A stretch of DNA of 64,000 nucleotides from positions 380,807-444,806 of the forward strand of contig RDEW01000031.1 of assembly GCA_011109175.1 (NCBI GenBank), written 5' to 3'. The DNA comes from Dicyema japonicum. Lineage: Eukaryota > Animalia > Dicyemida. The number at the start of each line of letters is the position of its first letter. Within the stretch, counting starts at the first letter, position 1. Of the stretch, positions 23,821 through 35,789 are shown piece after piece. Below the pieces are notes generated by a model that worked only from the letters and a program-made list of their open reading frames with translations, did not search any database and had not been told where the DNA came from. Made by a program: the position numbers and the translations under genes.

Positions 23821-24162
23821 ATGTTGACGAGAAAAGAGACATCATAAAACCAAGCAGACATTCCGTGCAATATAGGTACCACGTCAACCAATTAACCACT
23901 TGGAGTGGGTTTAACTAATTATATTTTTACTATCAGTTCACAAATGTCCTAAAAATTAAGAAAACATAAGGGACGCCTGTTTCGAGCTCGTTTCAGTAGT
24001 AATTTATTATTTAAAACCCCAAGATCACCAAGAAAGTTTAAAGCCACTAATTAGATGAACCCAGCTTCCAATAGCTTCGAACTCTCTTGAATTCCGCCTG
24101 CGACCCAGCTGGCCTCTGGAAGCGCATTCTTCCGATCGACCATAAAGGAGGGCTAAATTTAA

Positions 24163-24450
24163 TTAATTTTTTAACCCCGGATACACCGAGAAAGAAGTTA
24201 TAAGTAAACAACTAGTTAAGTGTATCCAGTTTCCACCGCTATAGAAACAGAGTCCATCCGGAACCAGCATAAAAGGTAAAAGACGTCTATTACATACAGT
24301 TGTGAAACCCCTCCAGTCTAGTAAGGGAGAGCAAATGATCCTTTGTCGTGCCAGTCTGACACTGGGCGCCACCTGACACAGATGGATCGCATGACGTTAT
24401 TCTAGTAAGAAAAGAAAGAGGAGAAACATACAAAACAAACAGAAAACTTA
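24163..24450 (-). mobile_element. Short bipartite non-autonomous derivative of LINE family A (5' end joined to 3' end)
   Basis: 24290-24450 is homologous to the 5' end at 45880-46010 and to 2630-2751. 24165-24240 is homologous to the 3' hairpin/tail at 19560-19630 and 38470-38545. Confidence 0.6.
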
Positions 24451-24599
24451 TCTAATGTCTGGTCGAGGAAGATGCTCTATGATGACTCGAGAGATAAAAT
24501 ATTTTCATTGGGTCTCTACAGGAGATGAAGATTGCCTGCAATCTTAGCGGGAATTATGGAAAATATCGATTGATATGTCTAACCTAATGAATCAAAGCA

Positions 24600-26130
24600 T
24601 TATAGACTCGGAGACCTTATTCATTCAGTTCTGAAATCTGACATCCACCATATGTGGCGTCTGAAAGACTGGATTGGTGTACTTCAAATGCTTCTTAACT
24701 GCCACTGCCATTCCTAAAGTCTCATGACAAATATGAATGAGCATGCGCCATATTGGGAGAGTGGGGAGAAAGATGGAGGTTTGTTCCCATGTATAACCAG
24801 ATTGACTACATGTGTCGGGTTAAAGACAAGCGCTCTCTCTTAAATTCACGTTCGTATGAGGGTCGACAACTGTCACAGGAAGGTAATTGAGACATTTTAC
24901 CTAAGGAAACAAAGCTGCTTACCGAACAGAGACAGCAGAAAGGTACCAGGAGTACATTGAGACTCATCTACCGGAAGTATCATCGGATGTCTCACTAAAT
25001 GATTCCTGAGACAAAGAACACTATAAATGAAGCAGTTGGGAGATAACTTGGCACAAGAGTAGTATATGCATGATTACATCAGGACAAGTTGATTTTATCG
25101 CGACTTATTTTGAAAAGCTTTATACGTTAATACCGTGGTAATACCTGCATTTGATGGAATGCTGAGACCTTTAGAAAGGTTAATTATTCCCAAAGAGGTC
25201 AAAATGACTTGTCGTAAATTCACGTACAGGTCTGCCTGTACGTCATCACAGCAGTGCTACTAAATTGAATGTTCTCCGCCAACTGCACTTTACCTTTGGG
25301 ACAGGATTATTAACTCTGGATAAGTTCTGGCACATATTGTGCTGGAACTAATAAAAGGACCGTCTTACAGACACTTACCAAAAGCTGAAGTGGATTTCGT
25401 GAAAGGGAGTCAACAGCCGATGCTGTCTGAAGTCACATATGGAGGTGTGCAAAGCATCAAAGATACAATAACCATCAATATTCTGGGGATAGAACTTTAA
25501 CGGTTAACAGGCATACACTAATGGGGTACTTGAACAATTTCTGGTGATTCAAGCCTAAAATGATCTGAATTTTACTCTCAATTAAATAACTCTTTTTTGA
25601 GAGTCAGAAATACCTACTCAAGAAAATTTAAAACAAACCCGAGTATCCTCAAGGAGACTCTCTACCTTCTACTATACATGATATATTTGGTAGCAGCTAT
25701 GAGGGAACTCAGACCGCTATACCAAGAGGGAATAGAAGATTAATCTATGCAGACGATGTCGAACTAATTTCCGATGACAGAGTGCTCTTGCAACATTTAT
25801 TAGAAAAACACCTGATTTAGTTGGGGATAATTCCTATCTGTAAACAGAGACAAAAAAGAATTCACAGAAATAAAAGAATGAGTAACCTCAAAAGGGGTAG
25901 TGGAGAGGCTAGACTCTTCATGGGGACAATGCGGATGCAAGCCAGTAAGCCTGAGATAATTGAGTCTCACTAAAGACTATTCGGGCATATCCTGAGGATG
26001 GAGTTGGCATCCTCGCCGAACAGAGATATGGAAAGCTACTATATCTGTCGATAAATTCGTTTTTTGTGGAAGGTCGAAGATAATTTTACCGCTCGTTTGC
26101 GTCTTTCCATCCTTCTTCCAATTTAACTAA
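24600..26130 (+). mobile_element. Decayed RTE LINE (EN C-terminus, RT, 3' end)
   Basis: YNQIDYMCRVKDKRSLLNSRSY, ADDVELIS and LFGHILRME motifs; similar to 39874-42410. Confidence 0.6.
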
Positions 26131-27764
26131 AACAGATAAAATATCTTATTGCACAAATTCAAAGGATTGGTGGACAAATTAAAGGAAATCGAAGAAGTAA
26201 TTTATAAAATTAGATAAAACTATTTTTTTGGGTTTTGATAAAAGTTAGGGACTACTTGAGATCGATCTTCAAGTTAAGAAGAGGTCGAAAAGTCATCTCT
26301 AAAATGAAATAAAAATGACATTTTCGGTATCATAATAAAGCTATCGTTTATATCAGAAAGGGGAGAGTCACACGAGACTTACATATGCCTGTTGTAAATT
26401 GTGCCTATTAGAGGTGGATGGCGAGGAAGGACTGTGGATATTGCCGCGAAGGGAACTGTAAGTACTAAAAGATTGTGAATTTTCTCATAGGTATCGACTG
26501 TCCGACATCACCCCTATCTTCATTTATTTTATTTACTCCCGATCCTTTCAAGTGAAGAAATTTGGTGGCTAACAAGAACGTAGCTACAACAACGGACGTT
26601 CCCAGGCATCCAAAAGGTTGACGCAAGCAGAGGAGAAACAGAATACTGACAGGACACGATCTGTCCCATGTGCATGAATAGGAAAATGGGGACTATTCCT
26701 GCCATATCTTGTATAGGTAGGATTGATACCCACGTGGTAGTCATATTAAGCCAACTTCACTCCAATCAATATTATTTGATTTCATGAAACTATAAGACAA
26801 CAAATATATTGATTTCGCGTGCTGCCTGAAAGTTCAAAAAAAGAAGAAAATACTAAATTGTAGACAAAAATATAAAAAGGAAGGAAATTGATGTTATATC
26901 TGTGGATTAATCAAATTTGAGAAAGTAAGACTTTCTTTAATGCGGTTCACTGTCTGTGACAAAATATCACAAGCCATATCTCAAGTCTGTGAGATATTGT
27001 ATCATTCTGCCACGGAGACAATAGAATGTTTTATTTTCGCAACTATAAGGAAAAACTAACCTCAGAGTTCGATCACTAATCGTCGCCATGGTAACCAGCG
27101 TATATTTTTTCAACCTCTACAGTGGTTTCGAAGGCGATTCGGAAGATGCGAAACAATCTATGAAGGCTGAGTACTTATGCAGTTTCTTGTGCTCAACAAA
27201 ATCGCCATTTATGAAGACAGGTAGAAAAAGTCACATCTCAACGAGAAATCTCCCATTCGAGAGCGGAAAATTGTTTCCAATCTCCAAGGTCAATTTAGTT
27301 GGTTCGAGGCGGGAAAAATCAACTATTATATAATAATGTGATATTTCCTCTGAGTTCATTTAATTTCGGTGTGTATGGGATTCGAATTCGGATCCTTTCG
27401 AGTATCCGACAGTTCCTTTTGCCAGAAATTCTAATTTTCCAATGTCTCCCACTTCCTTTACAACGCTCATGCTTGTGAGAAGAAGGAAGGCAAATAATAA
27501 CTATACCAAACTCCATCACCAAATTAGGCAGACAATAACTATATTAGTCTGATGACATCATCAGTATTCGAGGTTTGAGAGTGGATTGTCCACCAAAAAA
27601 CAGACCTAACTATTCCTCCAAATGTAATACCAAATCATCTACCATCTCAACTCCCAGAGTAACAACAACAGACGTCTGAATAATTCAAATATGATTTACT
27701 ATTGCTTAATCGTAATATTGATGAAATAACGTAAATTAATGATCTTACATAAATATTCTGCATA

Positions 27765-28100
27765 ACAACAAAACAAAATCCAGCCTCCAATAGTCCATTA
27801 CAGACATCCGTTCAGAAGAGAGGTGAAGTTTGTCCGGCCTCTTCTACTTTTATCACACGTCATACCCACATCACTTCATTCTTAGGCAGAAGAGTTTTCA
27901 TAATGATAATCCTCACTACTTTGTGAGTGAAGAAGATCCATTTCAACAGCTGTGCCGTGCCAGAAAGACTCATCGCCCGACGTGTTAGATCTGTTTGACG
28001 AGAATTGATCTTTGCTGAAAAATCCATCTTTCGATTCGAACCCATCATTGTCAGATCCGATGTCATCAGACGTCAAGCTCAGGCAAGAAGACTGGGAATC
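27765..28100 (-). mobile_element. Second copy of tRNA-Arg SINE (3'-truncated)
   Basis: Reverse complement GACGTCTGATGACATCGGATCTG..GGGTTCGAATC..AGATGGATTTTTCAGC..GATCAATTCT aligns with 23410-23720. Confidence 0.7.
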
Positions 28101-28568
28101 ATATACTGCTGACGTTGTCCGTATTTCTTTTCGTGCTGAGGTAAACGTACATGCGACTTACCTGGTGATACTTTTATGCGATTCTTCAATAACCAAGGTG
28201 GCGTGGAGAAGGTTGACTATTTTAGACAAGGATTCCTTATCCTGCCTCGTTCCGGTGAAACCATCATTAAACAGTGACTGAATTAAGAGACACCCAGAAA
28301 AAAAATTAATTCTAACAATTTTTGAAGAACACTAAGAGAAGAATACAAAAGTAGGATATTTAAGAATGAAACAAAAATTATGACACAAAAACCGAATTAT
28401 AGTTGCTTTTTCTGAGAAAGAAGTTGGCTCTGTTTGCCACAGCCGTGAAAGCTGGTGACCACGTGGATACCAATGATGACTCAGAGACTAGACAGAATCA
28501 TTGTTGAGAAAGTTTGAGTTTATTAAAAGAATTATTATTATTAGTAAATTAAATATTAATACAACAAA

Positions 28569-28782
28569 TTACGGCTTTTGTGATTTTTTTGTTTTTGTGG
28601 ATCCTTTGGTCTTTCTCGCCTTAGTTGATTTGACTTTGGTTGTTTTTTTAGAAACGCTTTTCTAAAATAATTCAAAAAATACAGATTTTTTAATTTTTAC
28701 GGGTTTTGTCTTTCTCGGGTTTTTAGCCCTAAAATGCAATTTAAAGTTACATTATGCACAGATTTGAACTGAACGAAGCCAT
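28569..28782 (-). CDS. Small, very basic Lys/Ser/Thr-rich protein (histone H1-tail or protamine-like), two mini-introns; absent from the ORF track
   Basis: Removing introns 28729-28750 (GTAACTTTAAATTGCATTTTAG, 22 nt) and 28662-28682 (GTATTTTTTGAATTATTTTAG, 21 nt) gives (MASFSSNLCI)MAKNPRKTKPVKIKKSKSVSKKTTKVKSTKARKTKGSTKTKKSQKP*. The second ATG is split by intron 1. Confidence 0.75.
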
Positions 28783-29569
28783 AATGTTATTTATGTCATT
28801 ATTTGCGTATTTCCATTTCTAATTATCACGATAATCAATACAAATCGATATTTATATCTCAGCAGGACTCCGATCAATATTACTCATTCGAGTGTCCACC
28901 ATTTGCATCGACTCTATCTCCCATCAACATTGCCGGGAGCGTGGTAAATGCAATCTACTGCAGAAACGGAAAGAAGGCTAAGTGGTTCTGGGCCGGTTCA
29001 CGTTGGGAAATTGGCGTCAAGAAAACTGAGGATATAAACAAAAAGTCTGTATATTCTCAAGAGACAGGGAGGTCTGGATACATTCAGAACCCATGATGTT
29101 GTTCATCAAGGCTCATTCTAATTTTACTTTTTTTGTGAAATGCCTTTTAGAATGTGTTCCAAAGGTTTAACTCCTTTATTCTCTCTCCTGGAAGTACTAC
29201 TCAATCGGATATAGTCTCTCTTAAGGAATAAGTAGTCCCCTTGGGATATATCTCCAGTATTTGTTCCATTTTTCTTAAATGACCTCTTAGGTCTCGCCAT
29301 CTCGATTCCGCTTCGTCAATCGTGGAACCCCCGATTTGACTGAAAACCTAGATAATTGCCCACGAGTAGGATTCGAAGGAATTGTTATCAACAATGTGAT
29401 AGTGCTCAAACAAATCTGAATTTATAAGTCAGATCCTGTTGTCTCTGGGGGTTACATTCTCTAGTCGTCAAAAACCGACAGTTGTGTCCTCTTTATTCAT
29501 ATACAATAATCCTAATATATGCACTATCGCAATTTCCGCTGGGCATGTCAACTATAGCTCCGCTTAGGC

Positions 29570-30060
29570 AGAACACACACTTTATTTAAGTAAAGAAAAG
29601 TTATTATAACTATCGTAGAGGGAGAAGCAAGGAATGCTCTTCACCTCTTTGTTATCTTTTTTGGCGTGTATGTCCTTTACAGATGATCCGGTTCTGCAGT
29701 GAAGTAAGTGTTCACTGATGACAGCGTCACTCGTCAACCCAAAGCATTCACATCCCTCACAATTCTGAGGACGTGACAGAATCTTCATTTATCTGGAGGT
29801 TACTTTCATGTCTACCTACAAAATCTTGTCCTTCTGCGATATTAAGGAAAAAGTGGAGATCACCAAGAAATATAGTCAAATTATGTCCCAGAGTTGTTCA
29901 GTCCTCGATTACACGCATGAACACATCGCTAAAAGTCAACCGTTTTAAAAATGAACGAATCCAACGTCCAACACATATAAGAACTAAGTTGTCACTTAAA
30001 ATATGTGATTCACCATTCTGTGACAATCAAACAATTCTTAGGCATAAGTCAGGTATAAAT
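29570..30060 (-). pseudogene. Possible Penelope-like GIY-YIG endonuclease relic
   Basis: KDKIL*VDMK...CEGC...AVISEHLLHC loosely resembles the PLE C-terminus; the diagnostic YIG motif is not visible. Confidence 0.3.
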
Positions 30061-30079
30061 AATAAAATATGACAAATTA

Positions 30080-30500
30080 GATTTTTCGATGATAATTCTA
30101 TTCAAGAAAAATAAATTGGAAAAGAGATGTTTTCTCTAATAAAGAATTATTTTGTCGACATCACATTAGAAAATCTAGTTGATAGTAACGGATGGAGCCA
30201 GGGAGATGGTTTAAAAATGCAAATAGTTTAAAGTATTTAAAAAAAATTATGCTCTGGAATAATTTATGTAGTGTTCTTCATCGGCATAATCTTGTTTCCA
30301 AGATTGTGTCTAGTGTACTTAATGAAACCTTTGTCATAAAAATTATAAGTAAATCCAACAGTGATAAATATGACCGATTATTTAATAATTTTTGCACTGA
30401 TGGAGATGAATCGTACAAACGTATATTATTTAATGGTGAGGTGTACATCTTAAATTGCCTTATTTAGGTTCGCTGGTTATCGAATGGAAATACGTGAACA
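30080..30500 (+). mobile_element. hAT transposase relic containing a 27-nt intron
   Basis: VTDGAREMV, CSVLHRHNLVSK, DRLFNNFC and RILFNGE|VRWLS once GT..AG 30441-30467 is removed. Confidence 0.7.
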
Positions 30501-33500
30501 GGGAGGTGATATTCAACATTAAGTCAAATCATGCCTCATATTGAAATGCTGGCTAAGACTACAATTCGTTGACAAGTGTGAAACGCCTGGACATCCACCT
30601 CACAGTCTTTGGATCTCCACAAAAGGAGTATTATTCCTACTCTTGGTGATCAAATTCGGTTTTTACGAACTATCCTAGAGACTGGGTTTTCTCAGTCTCG
30701 ATAGGATACAATCCATGACTAGATATCAACAAAGCCATCAGAAGCTTTAGTATCAACGGGCTTCTGGACGTATTTCACCAGTAATTGACGGAAGCGAAGA
30801 TTTCCTACCACGCACGACTATGCTGTTGTCTCACGTGGAGTTACATCCACAACTGTACAAGTGAGGACAATCATCTTCTCCACTATGCCCATCATGCTTT
30901 CTTGACGACCAGGATACGAGTCACCTCTTGTCCGGGTCCACCTTCTAGTTCTGCACAAAACCAAATATACTTGTCAGATCTCTGGGAGTTTTTGAGTGAT
31001 CCAAGATTTGTGTCAACTAAGACTATTCGTTGCCCTGAGGACGGTCCTCCATGCAAATAAACGACTCAGAGAGAACCCTCAACTGAAATTCCAGAAGAAC
31101 ACTATCAAATCTCCTTGAGACAATTAATATACAAATGCCATCAAATGTCGCTATAGAGGGTTACTTGAAGGACCTGGGTATGTCCTCGTATCGTGGTTTC
31201 GGAAAATGAGGATCCAAGGCCTATGATAGAGCTGAAAAAGATCAAATAAGATGACTGTACCTAAGTCCTTTTACTAGTGTGTTAAGGGGGAGGCATTTCA
31301 CTGGAGTGGAAAATTTCTTTTAGGCAGAAAGTCTTATTTTTAGTTGTGTTTTTCTAATATTTTTGATTGATTTGAATTTTATTTAACAAGAAAATAGTAT
31401 TCATGTTGTCAAAAGTCATCATAGAGTAGAAGTTGACTCCAAATATTTAAAATTTTTGGCCCCTTCCACGTACTCGATGTAACTTTCCCATCCCCTCCAC
31501 GCTCCTAGTTTAGCGTTCCAATCCCCATTGATAAAAAGACGCGTGAAGGACGCCAATTAGGTTAAGGTCCGGAAGAGATCCTCGAATAAAACATCAAGCT
31601 CTTCTGATCTTTTAAGACACGATCACTATACGCTGACGATGGATATTAATCTCCGAAATTTAATAGCTCCAGCGTAATTGAATAATGTTTATTCTATCGC
31701 TGATCCCACAGAAACGGTATATTCTATTAAGCAAGCTCTTGTGCACAGCATTTCCCTGTCTATAGTGTCAATGACATTTATCAAGCCCTTTTTACACTTT
31801 CGTCTCTTTAAGGTAGCATATCGATCTTATCAGTATTTTCCATCCTCCTCTGTTTAATGCCAGACTCCCTCAAACACCAAGGTCTTCACCGTTCATCAAT
31901 GTTTTCTTTACCAACCTCAGATCATTATCGAAAATTTCAGGAACCTTTGTACATGGTCGTTCACGGAAGTTCCCCAAATAAAGAAGAACCCACTTAGGTG
32001 TCATTGTCGTGGAAACGGAGGTGCTCAAGACTTTGATGCAGGAAAGGAAATTTATCCGGATATATTAGAGGCGGTGTCTACACTGCGTAAAAAATGAAAC
32101 CGTGAAACATTGTCTACCAATAAAGTGTGGAAGTCTTTAAAAAAATTACTAAAAATTAGAACAATAAAGCTTTATTTGAGTGAATTCCTCGTTGTGATTC
32201 TAGTAATCGATAAAAGACTCACTATCGAACAAAAAGTGCAAATATTGCGTTATAAGGACGACAACAACTTATTATGCCGATAAATTTTGCTCGATAAATT
32301 TTGCTCCTTATAATTATCCCTCTCATTGCTTGCTATCGAATTTGGAAAATATAATGTTCTTTCCTAAAAATGCTACAGGAATAATTCAGCCAATGTATTT
32401 GGGAATTATTAGAACATTCAAAATCAACTTTAATTTGGGTGTCTTACTGGATTATTGAAAAAAAAACATTCCAGTATTTCAATCATATAAAAATTTGAAC
32501 CATAAAAACACTGTTCTATTTATAATAAATACTAATATTGTCTCATCATAAACAAAAACTTGCGTTCGATTCGGTGGCGTTAAATCGCTCTCGAGTTGGT
32601 AAAAATGTTGGAATGAAAAAAAAGAGGTGGCAACTGACCCAAAAAAATTAGCGAGGCAGGTAGACCTCCAGGTATGTAACAGGCAATCTCGGATGCCTTG
32701 GAATGGCTAGCCATACCTGGCGGAACTCTGCAGTGACAGATTCAGTATTGCAATATCTGTGAGTAAGATCAAGAAAATAGCTGTAGACAATGAGATTCAA
32801 AGAAGGAATACTGGTCTAAAGGACTAGGACCAGATGACCACAACTATCAAAAAAATCACGACCACCAGAACTGTGATGCGTTGCAGCTCAAGCATATTTA
32901 TGAGGCCTTCGGGCGGAACCTGGCTGCTGCGGCAGATGTCACTTTTGAAGACCTAGAGTTACCCACAAGATCCTTTATAGGATAGTAAACGGATTAGTGT
33001 TAACTTGTATCAATAAGGATATGGCTTATGTGGTAGAGGCTAAACTAGTAAATGATATCTCCCTAGTGCTGTATGCAGCACAGATCACCTATGAGAAGTT
33101 GACGTACATGCTCAGACCACCAAGTAAATTGAGAGCAGACCTGTGCCAAGATTGTTTAGAGACAGACAGAGCTGGAGCTCTGGAGGGGCACATAAGTAGT
33201 GTGGCGAGGGGTTAAAGAAAAATCACCGCCTATATTAAGATGGTTACTTAGTAACCCCCGTGTTCTCAAATGGGACCTCGAAGAGTTGAAGAAGTCAAGG
33301 TGAGTTAGAGGAGGCAATATGGTGTATAAGAGGAAATTATACAAACGAAGGTCGGTGTAAGAGAAGAAGAGAGAATAATCTGTTTGTGTTTAATCGCATT
33401 AGTCTCTCTCAAATCTGAATAAAACATTTTCACCAACTGTACATGGATGGCTACAACAAACTTAACCTTAAAACATACCCTAAAAACATCAAGTCATCAA

Positions 33501-33819
33501 CATATTACTAAGAACCCCAGATGTATCAATTATTAGGTCAGAACTCGTTTATTATCAGAAATTGAAGAATGAGACTCAGACAAATTACGGAATTCAACTG
33601 CCTCGGTTTTCTATGTTAAAATATTTGTTGAGTAACTGATCCACAGGAACACTCCCCCGAAGTGAAAACAGTCTGTAGCTTCACTTGCACGTGGTTCATT
33701 TTTTGATAAGCTCCGAGACAAATTGGAATTTTGAACAAGGAAAGGGATTATTAAATCTCGACTTCCTTCCCATCATCACCAGAACTTTGGTTCCAGTTTC
33801 AAAATCTTCACTGACAGAA

Positions 33820-34294
33820 TTATTTCTGTTTTCTGACCTCAGCAGTGTGGATGACGTCATCTTGGTTGACTATGGAGGGGGAAGGGGTAATAGTCTGAGA
33901 CCTCTTCAGATTGATAACAGAAGTTATCCTCTCGAATATAAGCCTCTTATGTTCGTTGTCTACAATGATTATGCATTCCTTGTTTGTCAGTCTCCTGCTT
34001 CCCATATAGACTACCCCCTTTTCAGAGCATTCAGTCTCAGATAAACACTCATAAATACAGCTCCTGTGGTCGGGTGGGTCAGGGTCACTGAATCACCTTC
34101 AAAATCTATTGTCCCGTTGTTCTCATCCATCGAAGCAGGCTTGAAGTCGTCTAAATAGATACAATAAATTTACAGCGGATAGTATGGTAATCATTTCTCC
34201 GTTTGTTGGGACTATCATTATAAAAAGAATCCCCCAGGACAATTTTGTATGATCCTTCGCTTAGGACGTCGTTTCCAACAATTTTAAAAATCAT
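33820..34294 (-). CDS. EAF1: ELL-associated factor (EAF1/EAF2 family), at least two 23-nt introns; 3' end uncertain
   Basis: Spliced MIFKIVGNDVLSEGSYKIVLGDSF..DYHTIRY-DFKPASMDEN..SVTLTHP..VVYMGSRRLTNKECIIIVDNEHKRLIFERITSVINLKRS matches the EAF N-terminal domain (LGESF..FHTIRYDFKPAS..F.G.KRP..K.C.LII.......LE.LSS.I..KKTR). The EAF1 vs EAF2 paralog is not resolvable. Confidence 0.85.
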
Positions 34295-34499
34295 ATTAAG
34301 AACCAACACCAAAACATAAATTTTGAAATGTTTAAATTTACTTTAATAATTTAATTTTTTTATTAAAACAGTTGTTTTCAATTTCCTGATTATTTATTAT
34401 TATTTAATAACAACAACAAAGTATGACAATGACCAGTTTAAATACACTCTCGAAAATTATGCATCGGTTCCAGTTGGGGAGTCTCTGTTCCTTGGTTCT

Positions 34500-35727
34500 C
34501 CTATATTCGAAGACCGAATTGTGGACGTGTTTAAAGAAAGGACAATAGAGCTCGGTACTTTTGAGACCCGTTTGCGGCATGTTGACAACCATATTGCCCT
34601 CTTCCATTTGAGAAACTGCTTGTCCATTCCAAGATTAAACTATTTACTAAGGACTGCACCATGTTATAAGTGTGATTCCTTTTTAATGGAATACTCTGAT
34701 TGCCTCAAAAGATGTACTGAATTCGTACTTAACGTTTCCCTTGACACCCCTGGATGGATACAGACTCAATTACCAATATCATTGGGTGGAATCGGTCTTA
34801 CTACTCCCTGCCAAATTGCTGGCCCGGCGTATTTTGCCTCAAAACTTTCATGCAAAAACCAAGTGGACTCAATTCTTTCAAAGCTTCCATCTCGGAAACT
34901 GTCCAATGACTTGGTTGAATACATGGACGTGTGGCGGAGTGAAGGGCTTAGCGAGCCGCGTAATCCAGACCAACAATCGTCTTGGATGATCCATAGATGG
35001 AATGCTCTGGCATCCAACCTAGTCAGCCGGCTCTCTGGACATCGCCTGGACTGTTTCCAAAATTCGAGGGAGGCGGTTGATGGATTTTGGCTTGGGTTTA
35101 CCCATGTCAAGAAGTTGGTGGATTGTTGGATGATGACTCCCTTCGTACAGCTGTATGTCTACACCTCGGATTGCCTGTTTGCACCAAATCGAAGTGCAAA
35201 TGTGGCTGTCTATCGGACGAACTGGGTCTCCACCTCCTCTCATGCCGGAGCGGAATTGGCAGATCTTCTCGACATTCGGCAATGAACGGCATCATTAAGA
35301 GGGCATTAGAATAGGCTAAATTCTTTGCCGGACCGAACCAACTGGTCTATTTGACAACGGAAGACGCCCTGACGGCATGACCTCCTTTCCTTTCGAGCGA
35401 GGGCGAAACCTTGTATGGGATGTGACCTGTGTCTGCTCTTTCGCCCCAAGCAAAAAAAATAATTCACCGGGCAGACCTTCTTCTCAAGCAGAGGAAATGA
35501 AAAATGCTAAGTATTCGGATATCAGCGACAGGTACATTTTCGCACCTGTCGCGATTGAAACTTCGGGGAACTTTGGCCCTAAAACGCTGAAGTTCCTGAA
35601 TCATCTTGGAAAACTACTATCCGACAAAACTGGTGATCTTCGTGAGACGAGATGGCTCAAGGAGAGGCTCTCGTTGGCTGTTGTCCGTGGAAATAGCTTA
35701 TGCATCTCCCAACAGCTGAATAATTAA
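34500..35727 (+). mobile_element. CRE-clade non-LTR element, 3' half (post-RT plus CCHC plus RLE)
   Basis: HIALFHLRNCLSIPRLNYLLRTAP, QLPISLGGIGL, C.CG..SDELGLHLLSC, RHSAMN and RPDGMTSFPFERGRNLVWDVTCV; a few frameshifts. Confidence 0.85.
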
Positions 35728-35789
35728 AATTAACTATTCTTTTTCCTTATAATTAAAATATTAAAGATATATAAAACAAAGTAACACAT

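Noticed and set aside
26940-27522. ORFs 27088-27333 and 27319-27522 and a long near-open minus frame
   Set aside because: No recognisable motif, in-frame stops, and no convincing mini-intron model.
28803-29096. 97-aa plus-strand ORF divergent from the basic micro-gene
   Set aside because: The opposite strand resembles a decayed RTE EN-RT linker, so the ORF is probably an antisense shadow.
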